Shown here in pieces: positions 36,199-50,400 of a stretch of 56,391 bases of DNA (positions within the stretch are counted from its first letter, which is position 1; the number at the start of each line of letters is the position of its first letter). A program made the position numbers and the translations under genes. Below the pieces are notes generated by a model. The model worked only from the letters and a program-made list of their open reading frames with translations. It did no database searches and was not told the DNA's origin. The DNA lies in IMG/VR virus record IMGVR_UViG_3300023274_000003, positions 1-56,391 of that record; one strand, given 5' to 3'. This DNA is from a virus. Its lineage: Duplodnaviria > Caudoviricetes.

Positions 36199-38415
36199 AT
36201 GGCAGGACTAGGCAACTTTACATTAACCGTTGGGGTAGATACTTCAGCATTGACAAGGGGCTTAGCCAGTGCATCTTCACAACTTACTGCCTTTGCCTCT
36301 AGGGCTGAATCAACAGGAACCCGACTATCTCTTGCAATCTCTACACCTTTAGCCCTTTTAGCTAAGAGGGCTATTGAGTCGTATGGTGAACTAGAAGCCC
36401 TTCGTATGTCTTTACGTACAGTAGAAGGGTCAGCCGCTAACACAGCCCGCAGACTAGCCGTATTAAACGAAGTAGCTAAATTGCCAGGGGTAGGCTTTAA
36501 AGAAGCGATTCAGGGTGATGTCAGACTTCGTACGGTCGGGATAAGTGCTGACCTTGCCAAGCGTTCGATGATGGCCTTTGGGAATGCGATTGCGATTGCC
36601 GGAGGGGGTAAAGCGCAATTTGAATCGGTAATAAATCAGTTGACACAGATGTCCACAAGGTCAAGTGTGCTGATGGAAGATTTAAAACCAATCACTACCG
36701 CCGTTCCTGCCGTTTCACGGGTTCTTCAGCAGCTATACGGTACGATTGATACTGAAGTTATTTCGGCTAAGCTGAAAAAGACCGGAACCTCTACCAAAGA
36801 GTTTATTGCGCAGATAACGGCCGAACTGGAAAAGCTACCACCAGCTACGGGAGGTGTAAAGAATGCGATTGAAAACTTAGGCGATAGCGTTTTTAAAACC
36901 TTTGCGCAAGTAGGTGAGACTATCAACAAGAATGTTGGTGTAAAAAACTGGCTTGATAGTATTGGAAGTTCTTTAGAAGAAGCGGCCAGTGGCTTTGCCA
37001 GATTATCCCCTGAGGCACAGAAAGCTATTTTAGCTATAAGTGCCGTAGCAATCGCTTTACCTCCTTTTTTACTTTTAGCCGGAACGATTCTTCCTGCCTT
37101 ACAAACGGGCTTTTTAGCCTTGCTAAGTCCCATCAATCTGGTAGGAGTTGCTTTAGGGGCTGCGGCAATTTACGCAGTTTCCCATTGGAACAAGGTTGAA
37201 GATATTATCTACCGGATAAAAACTAATTTTCAAAGAACTCTGGCTGACATAGGTTTAGGCATTGCGGGAGTATTAAGAGACACAGAAGGGGCGGCTGACA
37301 TTGCCAGTGCATATGTTAAAAGCAGAGGAATTAACCCTGAATCGCAACGAGACGCTTCGGCGCGTGGGCGTTTCATGTACAAAAAGGGGGGGCAACAGGA
37401 TTTGGCTAATTTAGCCCGCATCAAGCAGGAAGAAGAAATAGCTAAAAAGCAAAAAGACATAGCCGCCTCCGCCTCGTCAGTCAGCACAAAACAGGAACAA
37501 GACAGAATAAAAGCCATTAAAGATTTGTCTGATAATCTATTAAAAGACAGACAAAGGGCAGAGGTAGAAGCAATAGCTAACAAGGCTGAAAGGGCAAGGG
37601 CTGGCGCGCAAATGCAGTACAATGAAGAAGTAAAAGCGTATGCTGACTCTATCAATGCTTTAAAGGCAAGTGTAGCAGAGAAGAAACCACTATGGGAAGG
37701 GTATACACAATTTGTTATAGCAAAAGACAAGGAGTTAAAACAAAAACTAAGAGAGAACGACCTACTATCGGAGTTTACCAGTAAGCCATTAAAGAGTATT
37801 GGTTCAGACGATAATTCTAAAGATACCCAAGCCCGTATTTCAGCCATTATGGGTATCTCTCCCGATGGCGTAGATAAATACGCCGTTTCTCTAAATCAGC
37901 GCATGAAAAACGCTGCCAAGTACCTACAGGAACAAGGGGAGAGCAAGATGGATACTAATAATCTTGAACAGTTTTTAGGACTAGCGGAAGGAACAATTAC
38001 GGGGGATACTTTTGCTAAATATGCTGAACAGGCTAACATCTTAATAGATGCCAATCAGCGTATTAAAGAAAGCTTTCAGAACATGGCAGCCGATTCGTTA
38101 GCCTCGCTTTCGATTGTGGTGGGGGAGATGATAGCAGGAACGGCTACAATTGAAGATTTAGCCAATACTTTACTTTCAAGCATATCCCAATCTTTAGCGC
38201 AAATAGCTAAACAAAATATTCTAATCGGACTATTCACGGGTAACGTGGGCATGGTAGCACAAGGCGTATTAGCCGGAATAGGGGCAGGTATTACCGGCGG
38301 ACTTGCCAAGAAACAACAGCAAAATCAGCAAAACTCACAAGGAAACAGGACAGTAGTCAGGGGTCAGGAAATAGAAACAGTCAGAGCGAGGTACGATACG
38401 ATTAAAAACTTTTAA
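36199..38415 (+). CDS. Tape measure protein
   Basis: Ala/Gly/Leu-rich helical protein after chaperones; tape-measure N-domain (QLTQM....EDL). Confidence 0.9.
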   Translation: MAGLGNFTLTVGVDTSALTRGLASASSQLTAFASRAESTGTRLSLAISTPLALLAKRAIESYGELEALRMSLRTVEGSAANTARRLAVLNEVAKLPGVGFKEAIQGDVRLRTVGISADLAKRSMMAFGNAIAIAGGGKAQFESVINQLTQMSTRSSVLMEDLKPITTAVPAVSRVLQQLYGTIDTEVISAKLKKTGTSTKEFIAQITAELEKLPPATGGVKNAIENLGDSVFKTFAQVGETINKNVGVKNWLDSIGSSLEEAASGFARLSPEAQKAILAISAVAIALPPFLLLAGTILPALQTGFLALLSPINLVGVALGAAAIYAVSHWNKVEDIIYRIKTNFQRTLADIGLGIAGVLRDTEGAADIASAYVKSRGINPESQRDASARGRFMYKKGGQQDLANLARIKQEEEIAKKQKDIAASASSVSTKQEQDRIKAIKDLSDNLLKDRQRAEVEAIANKAERARAGAQMQYNEEVKAYADSINALKASVAEKKPLWEGYTQFVIAKDKELKQKLRENDLLSEFTSKPLKSIGSDDNSKDTQARISAIMGISPDGVDKYAVSLNQRMKNAAKYLQEQGESKMDTNNLEQFLGLAEGTITGDTFAKYAEQANILIDANQRIKESFQNMAADSLASLSIVVGEMIAGTATIEDLANTLLSSISQSLAQIAKQNILIGLFTGNVGMVAQGVLAGIGAGITGGLAKKQQQNQQNSQGNRTVVRGQEIETVRARYDTIKNF

Positions 38416-41400
38416 TGGCATATACTACTAAATACATTGCACAAGCCTACGGGCTTTCTTCTACCCCCTGGCGGGTTGAATTACTGGTAGATGGATACGA
38501 CGACGACCCTATCCAGTTGGATTTGGTTGAAAACGGCGTTCTGATTGGTTATGACCGTGAAGAAAACCGTTTCAATCCTATCTATAGCAGGTATGCGATT
38601 ATTTCCCTAAAAGTTACGGGTGTATTTAATTTAGACACCCTACAGTTTGATGATGAACGCAAATTCCAGGTCAATATCTATAAGGATAATAGTCTGGAGT
38701 TTGTTGGGTGGTTAGTGCCTTTTTACTCTACTGAAGCCTTCGAGGATACCTCTATTACGACCTTAGATGTAATGGCTAAGGATACGATTAAACAGTTGTC
38801 GAATGTAGATTTTTACAACCAGTACCCCGAACGTATTAGTAACAAGCAGTCGTTTAAGGAAGTAATCAGTCTTGGGTTAAAAGAATTAGGCTATCCCTTA
38901 TATCTGGAAATCTACTATAATAAGTACGATGTTGCGATGTATAAAGAGGCGATGGACTGCCCTTTGTCTCAACTGTATTTTGATATTTACCGCCTGCAAA
39001 ACGAAGACGGAACATGGATGAACTTTTATGAGTGTATCCAGTTGCTACTCGCTGAGCATGATTTAAGATTATTTCAGGCACAGGGTAAGTGGATTATTAT
39101 TTCCCCGATTGAAGTAGTAGACGGCTCGGTATCAGGTAGAAGATTTGAACCGGAATATGGGTTCTATATGTCTACAGTAACCCTTGATACTAATCAGCTT
39201 ATTCATAAAGGCGGACTACCTATTAAAAGAAATGCCGTTAGAAGAAAAGATATTCCTATTCAGTCCTTTACGGGGATGTACGAATATGGACTACTTTCTA
39301 ATCTGGTTTTAAACGGAGACTTGCTACGGTTTACAGGAGACACCCCCGACTACTTTACTAAAGGCGGCGACTGGTCGGAAGGCGAATTAACCGATATTGT
39401 TGGCGGGGGAGTAATGATTGACCGTACTTACATACGTAAACTGTTAGAAATCCCTACCGAAACTGCACCCGACCCTATTCTCTTGAAGAATCAGTTTCTT
39501 ATCTCTGACCAGATAGATATCACTTCCTTAACAGCCCTTAGGTTTAAGGCTGATGTGTACGGCGATGATGATATAGACGAAATAAGAATAGCCCTTAGAA
39601 TGACTAAAACCTCATCGCCTGGGGCTGTGTTTTATGTAGACGGTGCGGGAAATGTATACAACGTTCCGATGTCTATTTATGTACAGAAAGGAACGGAAAA
39701 CAAAGCCTTTTCGATTGATGTATCGTGGAACAGGGAAGACCCTGCCTTTGATTTTAACCTTCGTTATGCCAACGTTTTAGAAATTATCCTTTATCCTGGC
39801 ATAAGATACCGGACAGGTGAACCTTCTAATTTACACGTAAAATTCAGAAACTTAGAATTAACCGGAACGCCGTATGTATATGACGCTAATTATGTAGGCA
39901 GAAAATACCAGTACACCAATACGGATTTACCTCACTCTAAAAAAGAAGAGGTATTCAACTTCGGTTTTCAGGACAACGTTATAGACACGCTGTCAGACTT
40001 CAAGTTAAGAAGTAGTATGTTTGTGGGGGAGACTATTATCAAAACCACCCAATGGAAAAGAACTACTGAATCTACTTATAGAAGCCTGATAGAATCAGTT
40101 CTGATCGACAGATTAGTGCTGACTTCAAGGTTTGGTGACATTTTAGAGGCAAGTATTAAAGGGTATCTGAGTTTCTTTCAGACCCCGCAACTAACGGTTG
40201 GCAGTAAAAGATTCCTGATTTTATTCGCCGAATACAACCTTCAGGACGATTCTACCGAAGTCGTTTTAACCGAACTCTATACCAACGAAGTAGATGTTTC
40301 TTATAAATTAATCGACGTATTTAAGGATAAGGAAATAGATGTAAGCGACGGAACGAGTACCTCACAAACAGGAGTAGGGGAGAATTTCGACCCGCCAATT
40401 ACTTCTAAGGGGGGAGGAACTACGTATGGAGGTCTTTACCCGGACGGAGGAATTGATTCGCTCCCTAGCGACACAATCGACCCTAAAGCAAAGAACCCGG
40501 GCAAACTTTTAATCGGCAGGGCGCATGCATTATTATTGGAATTGGGAAACCTTGATAGCCTGACTAAGATTTTCGGGCGTTTTGGACTCCTGAATGAAGA
40601 TAATTTTTTAGGGGAGTTCAAGACCGCCGGAATTACTTCTGATCGGGAGTATACCTTCCCTGATAGAGACATAATTATAAATGATTATGACTATTTAGTC
40701 AATACGCCCGACTTTTACCCTCCTTTAGTAGATGGAACAGCTAACCATCTGGTTAGATTCGGGGCAATGGGAGATGCATTAGTAGATTCATTAATTATTG
40801 ATACAGGAACAAATGTAGGCATAGGTAGTTTGTTTAATATTGACCCTATTACGGGTGGATTAGTAGGAACATCGGCAGAATTTACTACACTAAACGTGCT
40901 GAACACTTCGACCTTTAACGATACGGCAACTTTTGAGAATTATATCTTATTGCCAGACTTACCAACCGATCCTTACCATGCAACCAATAAAGCCTATGTC
41001 GATTCTTTAGCCTTTGTAAAAAGAGGGGACACGGTAAAAACGATTGCATTAAGCAGTGTTACCAAGTCAGGCACGCAGACAGTTTCAGGATATGCTTTAA
41101 GCGCAGGCGAATACGTATTATTAACGAATCAGGCAAGTCCGGCAGATAATGGCGTATGGGTAGTAGCTAGTGGGGCATGGTCACGTTCCACTACGGATGA
41201 TTCAGATGCTGAAATCAGGGGGGCTTATCATTATATTACTGACGGGACTTATGCCAATCAAAGATATATAAATACCAATACATCAGCCATTACCCTCAAT
41301 ACGACCCCGATTACTTACGGGATAGACTTTGGGGCAGAAACCGATCCGGTATGGACGGCGTTTAAGACCACTAACGCGATTACCAGTACCTCGGTAACCC

Positions 41401-44400
41401 ATTGGAACGATGCTTATAGCTGGGGCGATCATGCCGATGCGGGCTATGCTTTGGCGACTAGAACGATAACTATTAATGGAACCAGTGGACAAATTGCCAG
41501 TTCGGCAAGCAGCCAGGATTTAAGTGCAAACCGTACATGGACATTAAGTTTAATAGCTACAGGCGTAACGGCCTCGACTTATAAAAGTGTCACAGTTGAC
41601 ATTTACGGCAGAGTAACGGCCGGAACCAATCCGACTACACTCGCAGGCTATGGGATTACAGACGCCTTGCCTTCCACAGCCATTAACGGCACAATAAATC
41701 AGGTAGCTAAATTTGCTTCTTCTGATAGCATAGAAGATTCAAGTATTACTTCGGTAGGTGCAAGTGTGGGGATTAACAGATCGTCGCCTGATTCCTCTTA
41801 TGCCTTAGACGTGAACGGTTCTGCATTGCTAGGCGGTGCTTTAATAGGTAATTCGTCTTTAGGCGTAGGGATTGCAAACTACTTAGGGACTTCTCCCCGC
41901 ATCGGGGCGATTGGTGGCACGAATCTTGATTTTAATTCTCCAGCTAATTACGTATGGTACACAGGTGGGGGTACCGAAAGGTTCAGGTACGATTCAAATG
42001 GTTTTAAGGTTGGAACGGCAATTAACCCCAGTAGTTTAATCGTTGTAGGAAACGTAGAATATAGCGGTCTCTTATATGTAGGCTCCACGCCGTCAAGTGG
42101 AACCAACGGACAATTCTTAAAACGCGTGGCAACATCCAACGCATGGGCAAATTTAGCTATTTCTGATGTGGCAACTTTGCAAACATCATTAGACGGAAAG
42201 CAACCCTTAGACGGCGATTTAACAGCTATTAGTGCTTTGAGTTCTACGGGATTTCTAAAGAGAACGGGTACGAATACATGGGATTTAGATTCGTCTACCT
42301 ATCTTTCTGCTTCATCCGGCACTACCAACAAAGTTGCAAAGTTTACATCGTCTACGGCACTGGGGGATTCCAGGATTACTGATAACGGAACGTCAGTGGG
42401 AATAGACAAATCCTCGCCCGATGCGGGGTTTGCTTTAGATGTGAACGGGGCAATTCTAATGACTGGATCGGTATCAGGAACAACTTCATTAGGCGTTGCC
42501 ATAGGGAACTACTTAGGTACTACGCCAAGAATCGGGTCTTTAGGCACGCACCTTACTTTCAACTCGTCTGGAGACTATATCTGGTATACTGCGGGGTCTA
42601 TAGAAAGATTCAGATACGATTCAGGAGGTTTTCAGGTAGGAACCGTTACCAACCCCTCTACGATTTCAGTAACCGGACAGTTATCGTATACAGGATATTT
42701 ATACACCGCTTCTGGATACGGCACAGATGGGCAGTTTTTAAAACGTACTTCGTCTTCTAATGCGTGGACTGCTATAGGGATTAGCGACGTAACGTCTTTG
42801 CAGTCCACCCTTGACGCAAAACAGCCCCTAGATGGTGACCTTACCGCTATTGCTGCTTTATCTACCGTAGGGTTCGCTAAACGTACCGGAACAAATGCGT
42901 GGGCAATAGACACAAATAGCTATCAATTGCTTGATGCTGACCTTACCGCTATTGCCGCCCTTACAGGTACAGGGATTCTTAAACGTACCGGAACGAATAT
43001 ATGGGCATTAGATACGGGTACTTATCTTACATCTACGGGTACGGCTAATTATATCTCTAAATTCACCTCTTCGTCGGCTATAGGGAACAGTGTATTATAC
43101 GAAGACTCTGGAAGTATAGGTATTAACGCTACAACCTTAACCGGATATGCACTTAGAATTACCAAAGACTTTCCGACTTCTACATCATACGGGATAAGTG
43201 TAGAGGGATCAGCTACAGTAGCCTCAACAAATGCTTATGGATATCATAGTGCGCTAGGTTCTGGTGCAGACGGAAACCCTACAAATTTAAGACACTTTTA
43301 CGCTACCCAGTCCCCCTTAGTTGGTGCAATTCAAAATCAGGCAGGATTCTATGCCGGATTAAGTTTGGTAGGGGCTACTAATAATTATGGATTTTACGGG
43401 AATATCCCTATCAGTGGCAATTCATGGAATTTGTACATGGCAGGAACAGCTAATAACTACCTGAACGGGAATCTATGGATAGGCACTACTTCTTCGACCT
43501 ATAAATTAGACGTAAATGGTACAGTAAGAATTACGGGGGCTTTTGAACTTGATTCTACCCTGATAGATACAGCTAACAGCGCAGGTGCATCTGGATATGT
43601 TTTAAGTTCAACCGGCACGGGTACTTCGTGGATTAATTTAGCTACGATTTATCAACCCCTAGACGGTGATTTGACGGCAATCGCCGCTTTATCAGCCAAT
43701 GGATTTGCCAAGCGTACAGGCACTAACACATGGACAATTGACACAAGTAGTTATCTTCCTACGTCATCGATAAGCGGAACAAACAACCGTGTAGTTAAAT
43801 TTACTTCAGCTACTACGATAGGGGATTCGCAGATATTCGACAATGGAACGACCGTAGGGATAGGCAGAGGAAATTCTCCTGATACCGGATTTACACTCGA
43901 CGTGAACGGGCCTATATTATCAAGTGCCGCAGTGTACGGGTCTACTTCGTTAGGTGTTGCTATCGGACTTTATTTAGGCGTAACGCCCAGAATAGGCAGT
44001 ATAGGGGGGACTACATTAGATTTCAATTCGCCCGCAAATTACATTTGGTATACAGGCGGCTCTACTGAAAGATTCCGTTATGACTCATCAGGATTTAAAA
44101 TAGGGACAACGGGTAATCCATCGACACTAACAGTCGTAGGGACTGTATATTACAATGATTTGCTGTACGTTGGTAGTTCGCCATCGTCAGGGACTGACGG
44201 ACAGTACCTAAAACGTACATCGTCTTCTAACGCATGGGCTAATATAATTATAGGGGATGTCACAGGGCTACAAACCGCCCTTGATGCTAAGCTATCCGGC
44301 TCTGGCACCACTAATTATTTGCCAAAATATACGGGTAGTCTTGTATTGGGGAATAGCCTTATTAATGACAATGGAAGTGGTATAGGAATTGGCACAACTG

Positions 44401-47400
44401 CCACCGCCGGACGTGTTTTGTTGATTACACAAGCGATAACCGGGAACGTACAGTCGTATGGCACGTTAATCTCCAGTGAAATTCAATCAGGCGTTACAAC
44501 GTCGGTTGATTATTTCAGAACAAGCACAAGCACTCAAGCCGCATCTTTTACGCTTGGAAGTCTTACGCACTATCATGCATTGCAGGGCGTATTCGGTGCT
44601 GGAAGTAGTGTAACGAGTCAATACGGCTTCTGGGTAGATTCCTCCATGACTGGAGCGTCTTCAATCAATGCCGCTTTCAGAGGGTCATTAGCTAAATCTT
44701 CTACTACATGGAATACTTACATGGACGGTGCCGCTAATAACTATATGGCAGGCTCTTTGGGTATTGGCTCTGTAGGTTTGACACAGTTTAATTTGCGTAT
44801 CAGCAAGATTATCACAGGGAACGTTAATAGTTATGGTGTATATAACTCAGGGGATGTGCAAGCGGATGTAACCTCTAGTGCGAGGTATTTTAACACGGCT
44901 GTAAGTACGCAGGCAGCTAGTTTTGGGTTGGGGGCGATATATCACTATTCGGCAACGCAAGGCACTTTTGGCGCAGGAAGTACAGTATCTGACCAAATCG
45001 GGTATTATGTGGATAGTACATTGACTGGGGCTACGAGAAATTACGGATTCTACGGGAGTATAGCGTCCGGCACCGATAGATGGAATTTGTACATGGCAGG
45101 AACAGCCCATAATTACCTGAAAGGTAATTTGTGGATAGACACCTTATCAAGCTCATACAAACTTGACGTAAATGGCACAGCAAGAGTAACGGGGGCTTTT
45201 GAACTGGACTCTACACTAATTGATACGTCAAATAGTGCAGGCACATCTGGATATGTTCTCACCTCAACCGGAACAGGAATCTCATGGATAAATGGGTCTA
45301 CCGTATTCCAGCCCTTGGATGGTGATTTAACAGCTATTGCAGCCCTTTCTACTAATGGATTTGCTAAGCGGACAGGCACAAATACATGGACGATTGACAC
45401 AAATAGTTACCTACCCACTTCGTCTATCGCAGGGACAAATAACCGTGTCACTAAATTTACTTCAACATCTACCATAGGAGATAGTCAGATTACGGATAAC
45501 GGCACCAGTGTAGGGATTAACAGAACAAACCCCGATGCGGGGTTTGTTTTAGATGTGAACGGGGCAATGCTTACCAGCGGTTTTGTTGTTGGTACGGTTT
45601 CGCTAGGCATCGCAATAGCAAATTATTTAGGCACTACCCCAAGGATAGGTAGCTTGGGCGGAACAACCTTAGAGTTTAATTCGCCTGCCAATTATATTTT
45701 CTACACAGGGGGTAGTACCGAACGATTCAGGTATGATAGTTCTGGCTTCCAGGTTGGAACAGGGGCTAATCCGTCTCAGATATCAGTAAAAGGCGATATT
45801 GTCTACAACGGACTTCTTTATGCTGGCAGTTCGCCCTCTAGTGGCAGTAGCGGGCAATTCTTAAAAAGAGGGGCTTCTACGAACGCATGGGCAACTATGT
45901 CCATTAGCGACGTAACGTCTTTGCAGACATCACTGGATGCTAAGTTAAGTATAGCTAATATTAATTCGTACCTATACCCTCCTGCCTCACACACGCATAC
46001 GATTTCTGACACAACAGGTTTGCAAACAGCATTAGATAATAAGCAACCCCTTGATGGAGACTTAACATCTATTGCTGCATTGACCGGAACGGGTTATGCC
46101 AAAAGGACAGGCACTAACACATGGACAATTGATAATAGTTCATTCGCCTTATCTTCGTCTATATCCGGCACTACCAACAAAGTTGCAAAGTTTGTCTCGT
46201 CTACTACTATTGGGGATTCTATTATCACTGATAACGGGACATCGGTGGGCATTAATCAACCTTCCCCTAATTCGTTATACAAATTAGATGTAGGCGGCAG
46301 TGTCAAGGTAGACGATATGAATGTAGGAGAGTCGATATACTACCAAATGTCTATGTATATGGGGCCAGCCTTGAGTAATTATGCCCGAATTGCCACTGGT
46401 GCAGCTACTCTTGAACACTTAGCTACGTCTAATTTTACCTGGTCGTATTACAGCAGCGGGATTGTTCAGAAAATGAAACTTACCCCAACCGGGTTAAAGA
46501 TAGGCGCAGGGAATGCCGCCTATGGGCTTGATGTATCTGGCGACGTGTCATATAGCGGTCTTCTGTATGTAGGGAGTAGTCTGTCAAGTGGAACTAATGG
46601 GCAATTTCTAAAAAGAACCGCGAGTAATAATACGTGGTCTACGTTAGCTATCGCAGATACGACAGGACTTCAGGCTGCCTTAGATACTAAAGCGTCTCTG
46701 GTTGATTTTAATACACTTTGGGACGCAAGATGGACAACCACTCAAGCCGCAGGGGTCACTTTTGGCGGAGAGGTATTAATTTCAGGGGTATTATTGGTTG
46801 ATAACGAGGCAATAATTAACAATGATTTACAGGTAGGGGGGTTACTGGCAGGATTTAATGGATTTAACCTTACAGGGCACTTTAACGACAATACGGGGTC
46901 AGCAGGAACATCGGGCTATGTCCTTTCGTCTACCGGAACGGCTACTGCATGGATTAATCCAACTTCCAGTCTACTTACCGGATACGCCATAGGGGGGGAT
47001 ACCGCAATATCTGCGACTGATTCAATTTTACAGGCATTCCAGAAGGTGCAAGGTCAATTAAGTGCAAAAGTATCTGGAACGCTTAATTATTTACCAAAGT
47101 TTAGTTCTACCACTGCTATAGGTAATAGTATTATTTATGAAAATGGTGGGGTAGGAATAGGTACAACCTCGGTAACAGCCTACGGGCTGAGGCTAACAAG
47201 CAATATTACAGGGGGGCTTAGTGCCTATGGTATCGAATCAAGCGGACAGGTACAAACGGGAGTTACGACCTTAGCGTCTTATTTCAGAACGAGCGCATCG
47301 ACGATTACGGGATTTACCCTTACTACCTTAAATCACTTTTCGGCAGTACAAGGGACGCTGTCTGGAACCGTAACTTCGCAGATGGGATTTAGTGCAAATT

Positions 47401-50400
47401 TCTCATTAACCGGGGCTACTAATAATTACGGGTTTTACGGGAATATAGCCGCCGCCACTAATTCATGGAACTTTTACGGGAACGGAACGGCTAATAATTA
47501 CATGGCCGGGGCGTTAGGGATAGGTAGTACATCATTAACAGGCTTTTCCCTTGTTTTAGGCAAGACAATAACAGGGGCTACTTCGTCATTTGGTATATTG
47601 AATGGGGGTCAAATCCAGTCGGACGTTACGGTTTTAGCAGAATATAACAGAACAACTGCCTCTACTGCGGCGGCATCATTTACCCTCCCGAATCTCATAC
47701 ACTATCACGCAACTCAAGGGACTTTCGGGGCAGGTAGTTCAGTGACTAATCAGTATGGCTTTCAGGTTAGTTCAAATATGACAGGGGCAACAAATGTAAA
47801 CATTGCATTCAGGGGGGCGCTTGCATCTGCTGCTACCAACTGGAACGCATACATGGACGGAACTGCTAATAACTACATGGCAGGTTCTTTGGGTATTGGT
47901 AATAATACGCTTACCCAGTACAATTTACGGATTAGTAAAAACATTACAGGCGCTCCTACTTCCTTTGGGGTTTATAATTCCGGCGACGTTCAATCTGGGG
48001 TCACGTCGAATGCGGTTTATAACAGAACCGTTGCCTCAACGGCAGCAGCATCATTTACGCTTTCACAGCTTTATCACTATCAGGCAACGCAAGGCACATT
48101 CGGGGCAGGTAGTACCGTGACAACGCAAGTAGGCTATTACGTTGATAGCACGACCACTGGAGCTGCCAATAACTATGGTTTTTTTGGCGCGATAGCGTCG
48201 GGGTCTGGCAGATGGAATATTTATATGTCCGGAACAGCTAATAACTACCTGAACGGGAATCTATGGATAGGCACCACATCATCTTCTTATAAGCTGGATG
48301 TAATAGGGACCAGTCATTTCTCACAGGATAGCACTTTCGACGCTAATATTGTCGTACCAACTGCGCCTACATTAAGTAGTCACGCCACCAACAAGGCTTA
48401 TGTAGACTCTTTGTCTTTTATAAAAAGGGGTGATGTAGTAAAAACCATATCCTTAACCAATATTACATTATCTGGCGCACAGACTATCAGCGGATACGCC
48501 GCAGTAGCAACGGATTATGTGTTAGTAGCCGGGCAGACACTTCCGGCGCAAAATGGTGTATATGTGGTAGCAGCAGGCACATGGACGCGTAGCACAACCA
48601 ATGATTCAGATGCTGAAATCAGGGGGGCTTATCACTTAATCACCAATGGCACATACGCCAATCAAAGGTACATTAATACTAATGCGTCTACGATTACAGT
48701 CAATACAACAGGAATTACGTATGCTTTGGATTTTGGGGCAGAAACAGACCCTGTCTGGAGTGCATTTAAATCTGCCAACCTGATTACGGACACTTCGATA
48801 ACTAACTGGAACAGTGCTTATGGATGGGGGAATCACGCATCCGCAGGGTACGCACTGGGCGCAACAACTATTACAATCAATGGAACATCTGGCAGGGTAA
48901 CGAGTTCGGCTGGGGCGCAAGATTTATCAGGCAATAAAACATGGGCATTAGATTTGGCTTCAGGAATAGCAACGCCAGGGACTTACAAGTCTGTTACGGT
49001 AGACACTTACGGACGGGTTACGGCAGGCACAAACCCTACTACTTTAGCTGGGTACGGAATCGTAGACGCATTGGGAACTGCTGCCATCACAGGCACAGCT
49101 AACAAGGTAGTTAAATACGCCACGACTTCGACCTTAGGGGACTCTCAAATCACCGACAACGGAACGTCGGTCGGAATTAACCAGTCGTCACCTAACGCCT
49201 CGTATAAGCTAGATGTGAACGGTTCGGTTTTAGCTACGAGTGGGGTATTTGGAACAGTAACTGATTATATTAAAACTTCATTTTCGACTAACGCTATTCT
49301 GGAATCTTCTGCCGCCCTTGATATTAAAGGAACAACAACGTCCTTTTTCAGTAGTGGCACACAGAAAATGTCCATCAATTCGACTGGGGTAAGGATTGGC
49401 ACAAGTACAGCCTCTTATCCTTTGGATATCTTAGGGAATTTTAACTATACAGGACTTTTACACGTAAGCGGGTCTAATGGAACATCGGGCCAATTCCTGA
49501 AAAGAGGCGCAAGCACAAACGCATGGGCCACACTTGCGGTAGCGGATATATCCGATATTGCGACAGCATATCAGGCTAAACTTTCAGGAACAGGGTTTAT
49601 TAAGATTAGCGGCACAACTATTTCTTATGACAATTCTACCTATCTGACCACTGCTACGGCTACGGCTACTTATCAGCCTTTGCTTGATGATGGCACAGGA
49701 CTTGTACGTTCAACCGCTGGGGCAATTACCTACGATAACACCTCCTACTTATCTACCTCAACAGCGGCCAGCACGTATCAGTTGATTTTAGGTGGTACAG
49801 GCTTTGTTAAGTCGGTCGCAGGGGTAATCAGTTACGATACCAGTACGTATTTAACTACCGCTTCGGCCTCGTCTACTTACCTGACTTCTACCATCGCAGC
49901 TAGTACATATCTATCTATTTCTAACGCTACTGCTACGTATGCCACCAAAGAAGATGCGGTATTACTTCTGACAGATGAAGGCGAAAGAGGATTTAAACTC
50001 TATTCCGATACAGACAAGGCGTTCGGGGAGGCATTTGTATTTATAGATTCAGACACAGGGGTGTTCGGTCTTCATGCTTATAGAAAAGACAGTGCTTTGG
50101 CTGACATGGTTCAGTATGGCATTCAGATTGACAAGGACGGACTGGTGTATCATTTGATGGACGACACCAACCGATACAGATTCCTGACCGAACTTGATTT
50201 GCTGAATCTAACATGGAGTGGCGGGAAAGTAGATAAGGATATTTTAATGGATAGTTACAATACTATATTCTGGAATAAAACAGGGACTGACTACGATGCA
50301 AGAATGTATGGATATAAAAGTGTGGGCGGACTCAGGGGCTTACAAATAGAGTCCTCGTATGACATAACCATAGGTGGCAAGTGGGTTGAGTTATTATCTG

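Noticed and set aside
40900-49300. Diversity-generating retroelement (repeat pairs in tail gene)
   Set aside because: No reverse transcriptase; repeats are in-frame domain duplications and differences are not adenine-specific
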